NCBI GenBank assembly: GCA_038998585.1
Contig: JAVZGQ010000001.1
Coordinates: 75,737 to 139,736 of the forward strand
Length of the DNA stretch: 64,000 bases
Reading direction: 5' to 3'
Source of the DNA: Candidatus Aenigmatarchaeota archaeon
GTDB lineage: Archaea; Aenigmatarchaeota; Aenigmatarchaeia; CG10238-14; SCSR01
The notes beneath the pieces were generated by a model. The model saw only the letters and a program-made list of their open reading frames with translations. It searched no databases and had not been told where the DNA came from. Position numbers and translations under genes: made by a program. Positions 55,998 to 64,000 of this stretch are shown here, piece by piece. The number at the start of each line of letters is the position of its first letter. Positions within the stretch are counted from its first letter, which is position 1.

Positions 55998-56807
55998 ATG
56001 ATAATTAGAGAAATTAAATGTAAGTCTTTGTTAAACAAAAGCCAGCTTGCAGATTATTGTATAAATTGCTATGTTGGTTGTGGCCATGGTTGCAAGTATT
56101 GCTACGCTGATTATATCACAAAAAGATTTAGTCAGCATATAGAACCTTGGGGGGAATTCGTTGATGTTAAAGTCAATGCCCCTGAAATCTTAAAAAGAGA
56201 AATCATAAAAAAGAATAGAGGTAGAGTTTTCATAAGCAGCCTGACAGACCCTTACCAACCCTTGGAGGAAAAATACAAGCTCACAAGAAGATGTCTAGAA
56301 ATTTTGCTCAAACATCAATTCCCAATAATAATTCAAACTAAATCTTCCTTAGTTGTTAGAGATTTAGATTTGTTGAAGAAATTCAAGAACTGTGAAGTTG
56401 GTTTCACAATAACAACTCTAGATGAAGATGTGATGAAAATATTCGAGCCAAACTCTTCCTCCGTTCAAGATAAGCTTAAGGCAATCGAAATTCTAAAGAA
56501 AGAGAAAATAAATGTCTATGTTTTCTTTGGGCCAGTTTTACCCAATCTCTCTGACAAAAATTTGGAAGAATATTTTGAGAAGATGGTTGAAATGAAAGTG
56601 GATGGAGTCTGGATCGACAAGTTGAATCTAAAACCCGGGGTTTGGATTTCTTTGAAAAAAGTTTTGGAAGAAAAATATCCCGAGCTTTTGAAAAAATGGA
56701 GAGACATTTTGTTTTTTGATAACAATTACTGGAAAGAATTGAAAGAAAGGGTTGAAAGAATTTGTAAAGAAAAGAATTTTAAATGTGTCTTTTACCATCG
56801 TATTTGA
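55998..56807 (+). CDS. Radical SAM protein, SplB/COG1533-like (DNA-repair-photolyase-type)
   Basis: CYVGCGHGCKYCYA supplies the CxxxCxxC cluster motif in a roughly 270-aa TIM-barrel-size protein. Confidence 0.6.
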   Translation: MIIREIKCKSLLNKSQLADYCINCYVGCGHGCKYCYADYITKRFSQHIEPWGEFVDVKVNAPEILKREIIKKNRGRVFISSLTDPYQPLEEKYKLTRRCLEILLKHQFPIIIQTKSSLVVRDLDLLKKFKNCEVGFTITTLDEDVMKIFEPNSSSVQDKLKAIEILKKEKINVYVFFGPVLPNLSDKNLEEYFEKMVEMKVDGVWIDKLNLKPGVWISLKKVLEEKYPELLKKWRDILFFDNNYWKELKERVERICKEKNFKCVFYHRI

Positions 56808-56810
56808 ATC

Positions 56811-57875
56811 TTAAAATGGCCTCCTTTTTCTTCTCAATTCTAGCATCCCAGCCAAATTTCCAAGCTTGTTTTTCAAGTCTAAACCAAACTCTTCAGCTTC
56901 CTTTTCACTAAGTCTTGCTCTCAAATCAGCCTCTATGAGAACAGAGGGAAAAGCGTAAGTTGAAGAGTTACAAATTGGTAGCAAGAGAGAAGAAATTCTA
57001 TCTGCAAGGTCATGGGGATTCGAATCGGCTAAAAAATCAATTCTCATTGGTATATCAAATTCTGCTGCTTTTAAGTAAAAACTGTAAATTTTTTTGCCTG
57101 TTTCACCAAACTCTTTCAAGATGGGATGTTTATCTGGTTCGGAAGAATAAGTAAAAGCGATGGTTCTTTCAGCGTAATTTAAACAGTAGGTAAGTAGGTT
57201 GGTATCCTTAGTTTTTTCCAGTAAAATCCTGTCTTCCCTGATATCAGGAAATGAGATAAGACTTTGCGCCAAGATATCACAAAACCTTGTACCCCTGCTA
57301 TCTTCTATCACGCCTGCTAAAATCGTTCCATTCTTTTCAGCTGTTGAAAAAAGATTTTTGTAAGATTCCACCATTTGTTGATAAATTTGAAAAAGTAAAG
57401 AAGAGGATTCTGGTTTTTGTACATAATGTGGTACGATAGAGCCATCTAACAAGAGTAAATTCGGTTTAAATTTTTCTATTACCTCTTTAGCAGTCTCAAC
57501 TTCTATCATTTGTCTTTGCATGTTTGAATTAAGCTCAAACTCAAGCTCAGAGAAAGGATCAAAAACGACATTTGGAATTGGTGGGGGCATGGGTTCGGGA
57601 TAATAACTTGATTCTTTCAACTTTCCGTTTTCAAAATCAAAAACAACGCCAATGGCTTTAAGCAAAATCAAGTCGACCCCATGAAAAGATTCTTTTGCCA
57701 TACCCCCATCTATTCCAGCAATCTTAATTTTTCTAAGATCATTTGCCTTAACCTTAAATATAATCTCCCTTTCGTGACCGAGCTTTCTCAAAACATCCGC
57801 AAGCTTTATCCTATGATTTTCCATTTCTCTTATTTGTTTGATAAAATTTTCCATGAGCTGAAAAAATTTTTCCAT
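56811..57875 (-). CDS. nurA: NurA 5'-3' nuclease
   Basis: KIAGIDGG ... LLLLDGSIVP are the NurA catalytic Asp motifs. The start is ambiguous (ATG 57875 or 57854). Confidence 0.65.
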   Translation of the reverse strand: MEKFFQLMENFIKQIREMENHRIKLADVLRKLGHEREIIFKVKANDLRKIKIAGIDGGMAKESFHGVDLILLKAIGVVFDFENGKLKESSYYPEPMPPPIPNVVFDPFSELEFELNSNMQRQMIEVETAKEVIEKFKPNLLLLDGSIVPHYVQKPESSSLLFQIYQQMVESYKNLFSTAEKNGTILAGVIEDSRGTRFCDILAQSLISFPDIREDRILLEKTKDTNLLTYCLNYAERTIAFTYSSEPDKHPILKEFGETGKKIYSFYLKAAEFDIPMRIDFLADSNPHDLADRISSLLLPICNSSTYAFPSVLIEADLRARLSEKEAEEFGLDLKNKLGNLAGMLELRRKRRPF

Positions 57876-57931
57876 AAAAATTATATAAAGCACGGTTTAC
57901 TTATTCTTATATAACTTATAAGGTAGTGAAT

Positions 57932-58708
57932 TTAAGCCCTTTTCTTCAAAGCTGAATAAAGTCTTGCCATCATCCCGATTTTCATCACCTGGCAAAAAGC
58001 TACTGCAATGGAAGGAATCAATAAAAACGGTAGTATTGTCGGCGATACCAAAAGCTTTATCAGATATTGTGTAAGAATTGTAGTATTTTGGGTTTGTTGG
58101 TATAATGCATAAAAGTTATTAAAAAGCCAAAACATCAGGGGCGAAAAAGAAATTATAGTTAAGATAAAAGTGATTGAGGCTATTAAAAAAACGATCATAA
58201 AAGTTTGTAGAGGAGCTCTCCTGAAAATTGAAAAACTCTTCTTGAAAGATTCCACAATATTTTTGTTGTCCATTATCGCTGCTGGATAGGTATAGAAAGA
58301 AGCCAGGGCGAATAACAATATCAAGACAAGCCCTAAAAATGGGACTAAGGTAAGAAAGATGTAAACCACAGCCAAAACTATTAAGATTGAGAAAGATTTG
58401 AAGAAAATCGAAAAGGCGAACTCAAAGCTTTTTTTCATCGAAATTTTTTTGCCAAAGTTTTTGGCTTGGTGGAGCATGACTGCAATCAGCAAAGGTTGGG
58501 AAATAATAAAAAATAAAAAGACGAAAAAGTATAAACCACAGATTGGTGCTATTGAAGCTATAGCCTCAGGAGTTATCTCGAGTGGTACTATTCTCCCAAA
58601 CATATCACATATCGTGTATAAAAACAAGAAATTCAAGAATATATAGGGAAGCATCCTTCTCAAAGAAAATCCAAACTTAAAGCCGTCTACTATAATTCTA
58701 CCGATCAT
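57932..58708 (-). CDS. Polytopic membrane protein (258 aa), hypothetical
   Basis: About 6 hydrophobic helices. No family recognised. Confidence 0.45.
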   Translation of the reverse strand: MIGRIIVDGFKFGFSLRRMLPYIFLNFLFLYTICDMFGRIVPLEITPEAIASIAPICGLYFFVFLFFIISQPLLIAVMLHQAKNFGKKISMKKSFEFAFSIFFKSFSILIVLAVVYIFLTLVPFLGLVLILLFALASFYTYPAAIMDNKNIVESFKKSFSIFRRAPLQTFMIVFLIASITFILTIISFSPLMFWLFNNFYALYQQTQNTTILTQYLIKLLVSPTILPFLLIPSIAVAFCQVMKIGMMARLYSALKKRA

Positions 58709-58745
58709 AATTTTATTTTAATTTTGTATAATAAAAATAATTACT

Positions 58746-59501
58746 ATGAAATTTTCCAGATTCAAGACTTTCATTTTCGATTTGGATGGGACTGCGTGGA
58801 ACTGGAAAGAACTTTTGCCAGGCATGAGAGAAGTTGCCGCTTCTCTAAGAAAAGGTGGTAAGCAAGTTTTATTCGTGACAAACAACACCATGGTTAGAAG
58901 GAAACAGCTAGTAGAAAAGTTGAATGGTTTTGGGGTTGAGTGCAGAGAAGACGAGCTCATAAGTTCTTCTATGGCCATAGCAGAATTCCTTAAGCAGAAA
59001 AAAGCAAAGGCTTTTGTTATTGGAGATGGTTTAAAAGAAGATTTGAGAGAAGATGGTATAGAAATTTATGAAGATAAAAATGTGGATTATATCATAATAG
59101 GCCATGATTTCAATTTCAATTATCAAAAAGTTCTAGCTGCCTTAAGGGCTAGTCAGAACGGAGCTAAGCTTATAGCTGCAGCTACGGGAAGGGTTTACAC
59201 CCACGGTAATGAATTGTGGCCTGGTACTGGTTGTATAGTTAAAGCTATAGAATATGCTTGTAACAAAAAAGCTTTGTTTCTGGGGAAACCTTCTGACATC
59301 ATGTGTCAACTTGTTCAACTTTTTGTTCAATCACCAAGAAAAGATACAGTTGTTTTTGGTGACGAGCTAAAGGCTGATGTAGGACTTGCGAAAAAATGTG
59401 GTTATTTTGGCGTTTTGGTGAAGACAGGTATTGATAGAGAAGTTAAAGGCGAGATAAGACCAGATTTTGTTATTAATTCTTTGGAAGAAGTAGAAATTTG
59501 A
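58746..59501 (+). CDS. HAD-superfamily hydrolase, subfamily IIA (NagD-like phosphatase)
   Basis: Motif I is FIFDLDGT, then VTNN, GKP and GDEL..D. Confidence 0.7.
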   Translation: MKFSRFKTFIFDLDGTAWNWKELLPGMREVAASLRKGGKQVLFVTNNTMVRRKQLVEKLNGFGVECREDELISSSMAIAEFLKQKKAKAFVIGDGLKEDLREDGIEIYEDKNVDYIIIGHDFNFNYQKVLAALRASQNGAKLIAAATGRVYTHGNELWPGTGCIVKAIEYACNKKALFLGKPSDIMCQLVQLFVQSPRKDTVVFGDELKADVGLAKKCGYFGVLVKTGIDREVKGEIRPDFVINSLEEVEI

Positions 59502-59783
59502 ATCTTAAAAAACTTTTGTGAAATAAAGGTTTCTAAATATGAATAGAATGCGTATAAAACTATTTCTCTTTTAGACATAGATGGGGTAGACCCAGGTACC
59601 AATTGATATAGAGATCGTCTGAATGTGAGTACAGTATTTTGAGGGTCCTCCCGATAGATGAAAGGAAGGAAACAAATTATTCAATACGGTATAGTGCTCG
59701 ATGTAAATTCTTAATAGCTATCTAAAAATAAGAACATGAAATTAAAAATTTAATTTATTCCCAACTTCAATTTTATTTAAGGG

Positions 59784-61445
59784 GTGATCGAATTAGCAAG
59801 AATATTAGTAACAAGCGCATTACCTTATGCCAACGGAGAAATTCATATTGGTCACATAGTTTCAACTTACTTACCTGCAGACATATTCACAAGATTTTGC
59901 AAACTATGCAAACACGAAGCAATTCATATTTGTGGCACCGACGATTTTGGTGTTCCGATTTTGATAAAAGCTGAGCAGGAGAAAAAAAGCCCGGAAGAAT
60001 TCGTGAATTTCTGGCATGCTCAACAACTTAGAGATTTAAAATCTGCTGGCATAAATTTTGAAATTTTCCATCAGACACATTCTAAAGAAAATGTAGAATT
60101 AGTCCAGCATTTCTTTAAAGTTTTGAATGCAAAAGGTTTCATCTACACAAAAGAAATAGAACAAGCTTATTGTGAAAATTGTAAGAGGTTTTTGCCTGAC
60201 AGATACATAAGAGGTACATGCACCTATTGTGGATCAAAAGATCAATATTCAGATTCCTGTGAAGTTTGTGGAAGAGCTTTGCATCCAGGCGAAATTAAAG
60301 ATCCTCATTGCGCAGTTTGTGGTTCAACACCAATCAGCAAGACCACAATACACTATTTCTTTGATTTACCACACTTTTCAGAAGATTTGAAGAAGTGGTT
60401 GGAAGAAAATCAAAACTTGCAACCAGAGGTAAAGAATTATGTGTTAGAATGGATAAAAGAAGGTCTAAGAGAATGGGATATAACAAGGGAAATTCCTTGG
60501 GGTGTACCAATACCTTTGAAAGAGGCCAAAGGTAAGGTTTTGTACAACTGGTTTGATAATCACATAGGATACATTTCTTTTGCCTTGAAATACTTTGCTG
60601 ATAAAGGTCTGGATGGAAAAGAATTTTGGAATTCCGCGAAAATTTATCATTTCATCGGTAAAGACATAGTTTATCATCACTACCTGTTTCTGCCAGCCAT
60701 GAGAATTGGGGAGGGGAATTATAAGCTTCCTGATTTCATACCAACTCGAGGACATCTCATGCTCCAAGGCCAAAAACTTTCAAAAAGCAGGGGGTGGTAC
60801 ATAAGCCTTAGAAGCTTCTTAGAAGCTTTCCCTGCCGACTATTTAAGATTTTATTTAACTAGGATTACCCCATATTCCCAAGCTGACATAAACTTTGATT
60901 GGGGGGACTTTCAGGTAAAAATAAATAATGAGCTTGTTGCAAACATAGGTAATTTTGTGCACCGCACTTTAACTTTTATTTGGTCAAACTTTGGTGGCAA
61001 GGTACCGAAACCGGCGAGCCATATAGAAGAAGATGAGAAATTTAAAAAAGAGATTGAAAGAATGGCGCCCCTTGTTGGAGGTCAGATAGAGAAACTCGAG
61101 CTCGATAAAGCCTTAAAATCTATTCTTGATTTCTCTTCAAACTGTAACCAGTATTTCCAAAAGAGAGAGCCTTGGATAAAAAAGAGTGAGGCTCCGACCG
61201 TGCTGTATCTTTGTGCAAATGCCGTTCGCTGCTTGGCAATTTTGCTTGCTCCCTTTTTACCGTTTTCTGCTGAAAAACTTTGGAAAATCTTGGGCTACGA
61301 GGATTCTGTTTATAAGGAGGAATGGCTCTCTGCGTCTCAACTAAAAATTGAGCCAGGCTGGCAGATAAAGAAGCCTGAGATTCTTTTCAAGATTATTGAA
61401 GACGAAGAAATAAAAAATCAAAAAGATAAATTGCCAAAAATTTAA
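59784..61445 (+). CDS. metG: Methionine--tRNA ligase, catalytic core
   Basis: ALPYANGEIHIGH, a double CxxC zinc knuckle and KLSKSRG. It uses a GTG start. Confidence 0.85.
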   Translation: MIELARILVTSALPYANGEIHIGHIVSTYLPADIFTRFCKLCKHEAIHICGTDDFGVPILIKAEQEKKSPEEFVNFWHAQQLRDLKSAGINFEIFHQTHSKENVELVQHFFKVLNAKGFIYTKEIEQAYCENCKRFLPDRYIRGTCTYCGSKDQYSDSCEVCGRALHPGEIKDPHCAVCGSTPISKTTIHYFFDLPHFSEDLKKWLEENQNLQPEVKNYVLEWIKEGLREWDITREIPWGVPIPLKEAKGKVLYNWFDNHIGYISFALKYFADKGLDGKEFWNSAKIYHFIGKDIVYHHYLFLPAMRIGEGNYKLPDFIPTRGHLMLQGQKLSKSRGWYISLRSFLEAFPADYLRFYLTRITPYSQADINFDWGDFQVKINNELVANIGNFVHRTLTFIWSNFGGKVPKPASHIEEDEKFKKEIERMAPLVGGQIEKLELDKALKSILDFSSNCNQYFQKREPWIKKSEAPTVLYLCANAVRCLAILLAPFLPFSAEKLWKILGYEDSVYKEEWLSASQLKIEPGWQIKKPEILFKIIEDEEIKNQKDKLPKI

Positions 61446-61462
61446 TATTGTTAAGGGATATA

Positions 61463-61792
61463 ATGACAGAAATTTCATTCAATGATTTTCAAAAGGTTGA
61501 GATGAAAGTTGGCAAGATTTTAGAAGCTCGAGAAGTGCCAAACTCAAAGAAGCTGATAAAACTTCAAGTCGATTTTGGAAATGAAAAGAGACAGGCTGTT
61601 GCTGGTGTTTTAGAATATTACAAGCCTGAAGAACTCGTTGGTAAGAGCTTCATCTTTGTGACAAACTTAAAGCCCGTAAAGCTAATGGGTGTTGAAAGCA
61701 ATTGTATGATCCTAGCTGCAGATGATGGTAAGGGTAAAATAGTTTTGATTCAACCTGAAAGGGATATTGAAACAGGAAGTAGGGTGAGATAG
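61463..61792 (+). CDS. Stand-alone tRNA-binding domain protein (Trbp111 / MetRS C-terminal domain homologue)
   Basis: FQKVEMKVGKILEAREVPNSKKLIKLQVDFG...VTNLKPVKLMGVESNCMILAA is the OB-fold tRNA-binding domain. It lies immediately after metG. Confidence 0.75.
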   Translation: MTEISFNDFQKVEMKVGKILEAREVPNSKKLIKLQVDFGNEKRQAVAGVLEYYKPEELVGKSFIFVTNLKPVKLMGVESNCMILAADDGKGKIVLIQPERDIETGSRVR

Positions 61793-61864
61793 AAATTTTG
61801 CAATGTGGATAGCAAATCTAATTGAATTTTAATTTAGAAAAAAACAAAAATATATTAGGGGAAA

Positions 61865-62332
61865 ATGAAAAAAGTAAGAGACGTGATGAACACAAAAGTG
61901 GTTTGTGTCGATCCAAATCAAACAATATTTGAAGTTGCTAAGATTTTTTCTGAAAAAAATATATCTGGTGCCCCTGTTGTCGAAAATGAGAAAGTTATTG
62001 GAATTGTAAGCACCTCAGACATAGTGAAATTTTTGAAAATGGAATTAAAAATCGGGTCTGGCTATGATTTTCCGTCTTTAAGCATACTTATTCTCGATTT
62101 AATGAAAACTGGAGGGGATTATATTAAACTGAAGAAAGAGATAAAAAAGATATCTGATATAAAAGTGAAAAATATTATGCGCAAGAAAGTAATTTGTGTA
62201 AATCCTAATTCAAGTATTTTCGATGCTGCCTGTTTGATGGACAAGTACGATGTCAACAGACTACCAGTCATAGAAAATGAAAAGCTTGTTGGGATAATAG
62301 CCAGAGCTGATATAATAAAAGCAATATTGTGA
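61865..62332 (+). CDS. CBS-domain pair protein
   Basis: Two CBS repeats (VRDVMNTKVVCV...GAPVVENEKVIGIVS and VKNIMRKKVICV...RLPVIENEKLVGIIA). Confidence 0.75.
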   Translation: MKKVRDVMNTKVVCVDPNQTIFEVAKIFSEKNISGAPVVENEKVIGIVSTSDIVKFLKMELKIGSGYDFPSLSILILDLMKTGGDYIKLKKEIKKISDIKVKNIMRKKVICVNPNSSIFDAACLMDKYDVNRLPVIENEKLVGIIARADIIKAIL

Positions 62333-62437
62333 AATGTCAACAACTACACATTCTTAAAATTCAAGAAGGAAGGTTGATAAAAAGATCTAAAGTATCAGAA
62401 AGTAAAAAAACGAAGGATTGCTAAAGGTTATCAATAA

Positions 62438-62534
62438 CGCCGAGGGTGGGATTTGAACCCACATGCCCCAAAGGGGCGCCAGCTTTCAAACAAGGGCTCA
62501 AGGCTGGTGCACTACCAGATTATGCGACCTCGGC
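62438..62534 (-). tRNA. tRNA-Ser(UGA), class II, with an approximately 12-nt micro-intron in the anticodon loop
   Basis: GCCGAGG ... CCAGC CTTGAG[CCCTTGTTTGAA]A GCTGG CGCCCCTTTGGGGCAT GTGGG TTCAAAT CCCAC CCTCGGC G. It has a long variable arm. The exact splice junction is ambiguous. Confidence 0.75.
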
Positions 62535-62609
62535 TTTTCATCATCTTTTTATCAGACCTTGAACCAAACCTCGGCTAATATTAAATTTCTATAAATTTAC
62601 TTTTTAAGT

Positions 62610-63743
62610 CTATGGTCTGTAAGTATAAGCTTGCTGAGGAGGCTTTAAGAAGAAAAAGTAAAATATTGCTATCATTGCAATGGCAATGAAAATTGCAATA
62701 GCCAAGCCAAAGAACAAGTTCAATCTTTCTTCCCCTTCTTCTGAAATTTTGGTTGTAGTTGTTGGAAGGGTAGTTGTTGAAGTTGTAGTTGTTGGAAGGG
62801 TAGTTGTTGAAGTTGTGGTTGTTGTTGTGACTTCAGAATAAACTGTTTTAAGTGCTGAATCTATCGGGAGACCTTCCACCACAGCTCTATTGCCTGTAAT
62901 TGAACCATAAGCTTCTACCATGACAAGTTGAAAGCTGTAGGTTTCCCCACTATAGCTTCCGGAACTATTCCCCATAAAATAGTAAAAAATTAAACTTAAG
63001 CTTGAATTCTCGGCTATGCTTAAATCCCTCAAATCTATTTGAGCAATTCCATCGTCTCTCCCATATTGTCCAACCCCTAAAATATCTTCGCCAAACCCGC
63101 AAACTCCATCTTCATCATAGTCCTCACAAACGGCAACATATTTTATATTTTTATCATTTCCACTTCCGAATGCTGAAATATAAAAGGACTTCACATTTAT
63201 ACCTTCGTAGTTTCCTGCTTGAAGTCTGACTTGAAGCATTTCGTTCTTCAAACTTAAATTGGCTTCATAAAAATCATGATCGCTTGGTGATTTAGAGCCT
63301 TTGGAAATGGTTAATCTTGGCACCGGCTGTTCAAGCACAGAAAAACCATTGCCGGTAGAATTGTAAATCAAATCCTCAGAATCTAGAGTCCCGTTGTCAT
63401 TAACATCAGCCACTACATCGTAATTACCGATTTTTAAAACTGGGCTCCATAACACTGTTATTGGAACATGACCAGAAGAGTTTGTGTTTATATTCTTTGA
63501 GAAATTTGAAGCTTGCGTCAAATTGGTACCTGAAGACCAAGTTCTATGAATCGAGACATAAAATTTTATAGTTTTTGATTCATTTGTGATGTTTTGTTTG
63601 CTTGCTACATAAATAGTATCATTTGTATAAAAGCCTGTTTTCTCATTCCCAGAAGAATCGCAAGTGTAAATTGAAGCTAAAGCCAAAGAAGTGAAAAAAA
63701 TTGAGAAATGGACAAATACTAATAAAAAGACTAGCTTTCTCAT
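62610..63743 (-). CDS. Secreted protein with a Thr-rich stalk and a C-terminal TM anchor (377 aa)
   Basis: It has a signal peptide, a beta-rich ectodomain with DxNDNGTLDSED-like acidic loops, the stalk TTTTTSTTTLPTTTTSTTTLPTTTT, and then a TM helix. Confidence 0.6.
   Translation of the reverse strand: MRKLVFLLVFVHFSIFFTSLALASIYTCDSSGNEKTGFYTNDTIYVASKQNITNESKTIKFYVSIHRTWSSGTNLTQASNFSKNINTNSSGHVPITVLWSPVLKIGNYDVVADVNDNGTLDSEDLIYNSTGNGFSVLEQPVPRLTISKGSKSPSDHDFYEANLSLKNEMLQVRLQAGNYEGINVKSFYISAFGSGNDKNIKYVAVCEDYDEDGVCGFGEDILGVGQYGRDDGIAQIDLRDLSIAENSSLSLIFYYFMGNSSGSYSGETYSFQLVMVEAYGSITGNRAVVEGLPIDSALKTVYSEVTTTTTTSTTTLPTTTTSTTTLPTTTTKISEEGEERLNLFFGLAIAIFIAIAMIAIFYFFFLKPPQQAYTYRP
62752..62828. repeat. 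Tandem 30-bp repeat (2 perfect copies plus a partial third) encoding the Thr-rich stalk
   Basis: GTTGTAGTTGTTGGAAGGGTAGTTGTTGAA occurs at 62752-62781 and again at 62782-62811, followed by a degenerate partial copy. Confidence 0.85.
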
Positions 63744-63770
63744 AAATCTATTTTTACATTTAAATTAAAT

Positions 63771-64000
63771 TAAAATTTCAAAACCTCTATCTTGCCGGAG
63801 CGTGGTATGTTAAGCTGAAGTTTTTCCCTAAATTCTGTAACAAAAGCCCCTAAAATTGTTACACGATCGCCGACAGAAACTAAACTTATTTGATCTCCCC
63901 AAAGGCTTAAGCCTATACTTCCTGTTTCATCTTCGAGTGTGGCATCAGCGACGCTTCTCTTCCCATATTTTGTTTGAACATCGCGAGTCTCAGAAATCTC
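63771..64000 (-). CDS. OB-fold ssDNA-binding (RPA/SSB-like) protein, C-terminal part; N-terminus lies outside the window
   Basis: Reverse translation gives ...VQTKYGKRSVADATLEDETGSIGLSLWGDQISLVSVGDRVTILGAFVTEFREKLQLNIPRSGKIEVLKF*, the typical archaeal single-OB RPA pattern. Confidence 0.6.

Noticed and set aside
59560-59700. Slightly GC-richer segment upstream of metG, with ORF 59402..59602 starting MVPGSTPS (reminiscent of translated tRNA T-arms)
   Set aside because: I looked for a cloverleaf, for C/D-box (RUGAUGA...CUGA) spacing and for extended stems. I found only a 3-bp hairpin and a 7-nt direct repeat (ATAGATG). There is not enough to call an RNA gene, and it is probably the metG 5' region.
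1-64000. CRISPR arrays, transposases, integrases, prophage or rRNA genes
   Set aside because: I scanned the intergenic regions and the ORF list. No regularly spaced direct repeats were found apart from the 30-bp coding tandem at 62752-62828. No DDE, tyrosine or serine recombinase motifs and no rRNA-like conserved stretches were seen.
1-64000. Alternative genetic code, prompted by the GGM release factor
   Set aside because: Confident genes end in TAA (for example scpB), TAG (taw1) and TGA (uppP and the RHH gene). None of the long conserved genes needs read-through, so the standard code fits.

Overview
AT-rich (roughly one-third GC by eye), densely coding archaeal chromosome segment. Archaeal identity rests on eL37, eS8, L10e/uL16, an Sm-like protein, aRF1, Taw1, a TFB-like factor, NurA, NreA, archaeal SepF and BHB-type tRNA introns. 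The small proteins, many secreted Cys-rich or glycoprotein-like genes and heavily interrupted tRNAs suggest a DPANN-like lineage, but that is inference only. I call about 60 protein genes and 7 tRNA genes. Six of the seven tRNAs carry introns, two of them carry two each, and some introns are only 11-14 nt. I found no rRNA, CRISPR array, transposase or integrase. Housekeeping content: SMC-ScpA plus a separate ScpB, ValRS, a split MetRS, GlmS, PpsA, Tmk, PPase, and a thioredoxin/TrxR/GDH/nitroreductase/Fdh-like redox block. Accessory content: a 1774-aa membrane-anchored subtilase, a 1314-aa plus 456-aa two-gene surface module, two more Cys-rich secreted proteins, and a NreA / radical-SAM / NurA repair cluster. 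Most notable observations: (1) the aRF1 gene reads GGM where the universal GGQ motif should be; (2) an overlapping gene pair resembles the SlaA/SlaB S-layer architecture; (3) the SMC has about half-length coiled-coil arms; (4) a tandem ThyX-like protein has degenerate signature motifs in both halves; (5) a TFB-like protein lacks the Zn ribbon; (6) a DUF362 Fe-S gene is frameshifted in an A7 run. All family assignments come from motif recognition by eye, with no database search.
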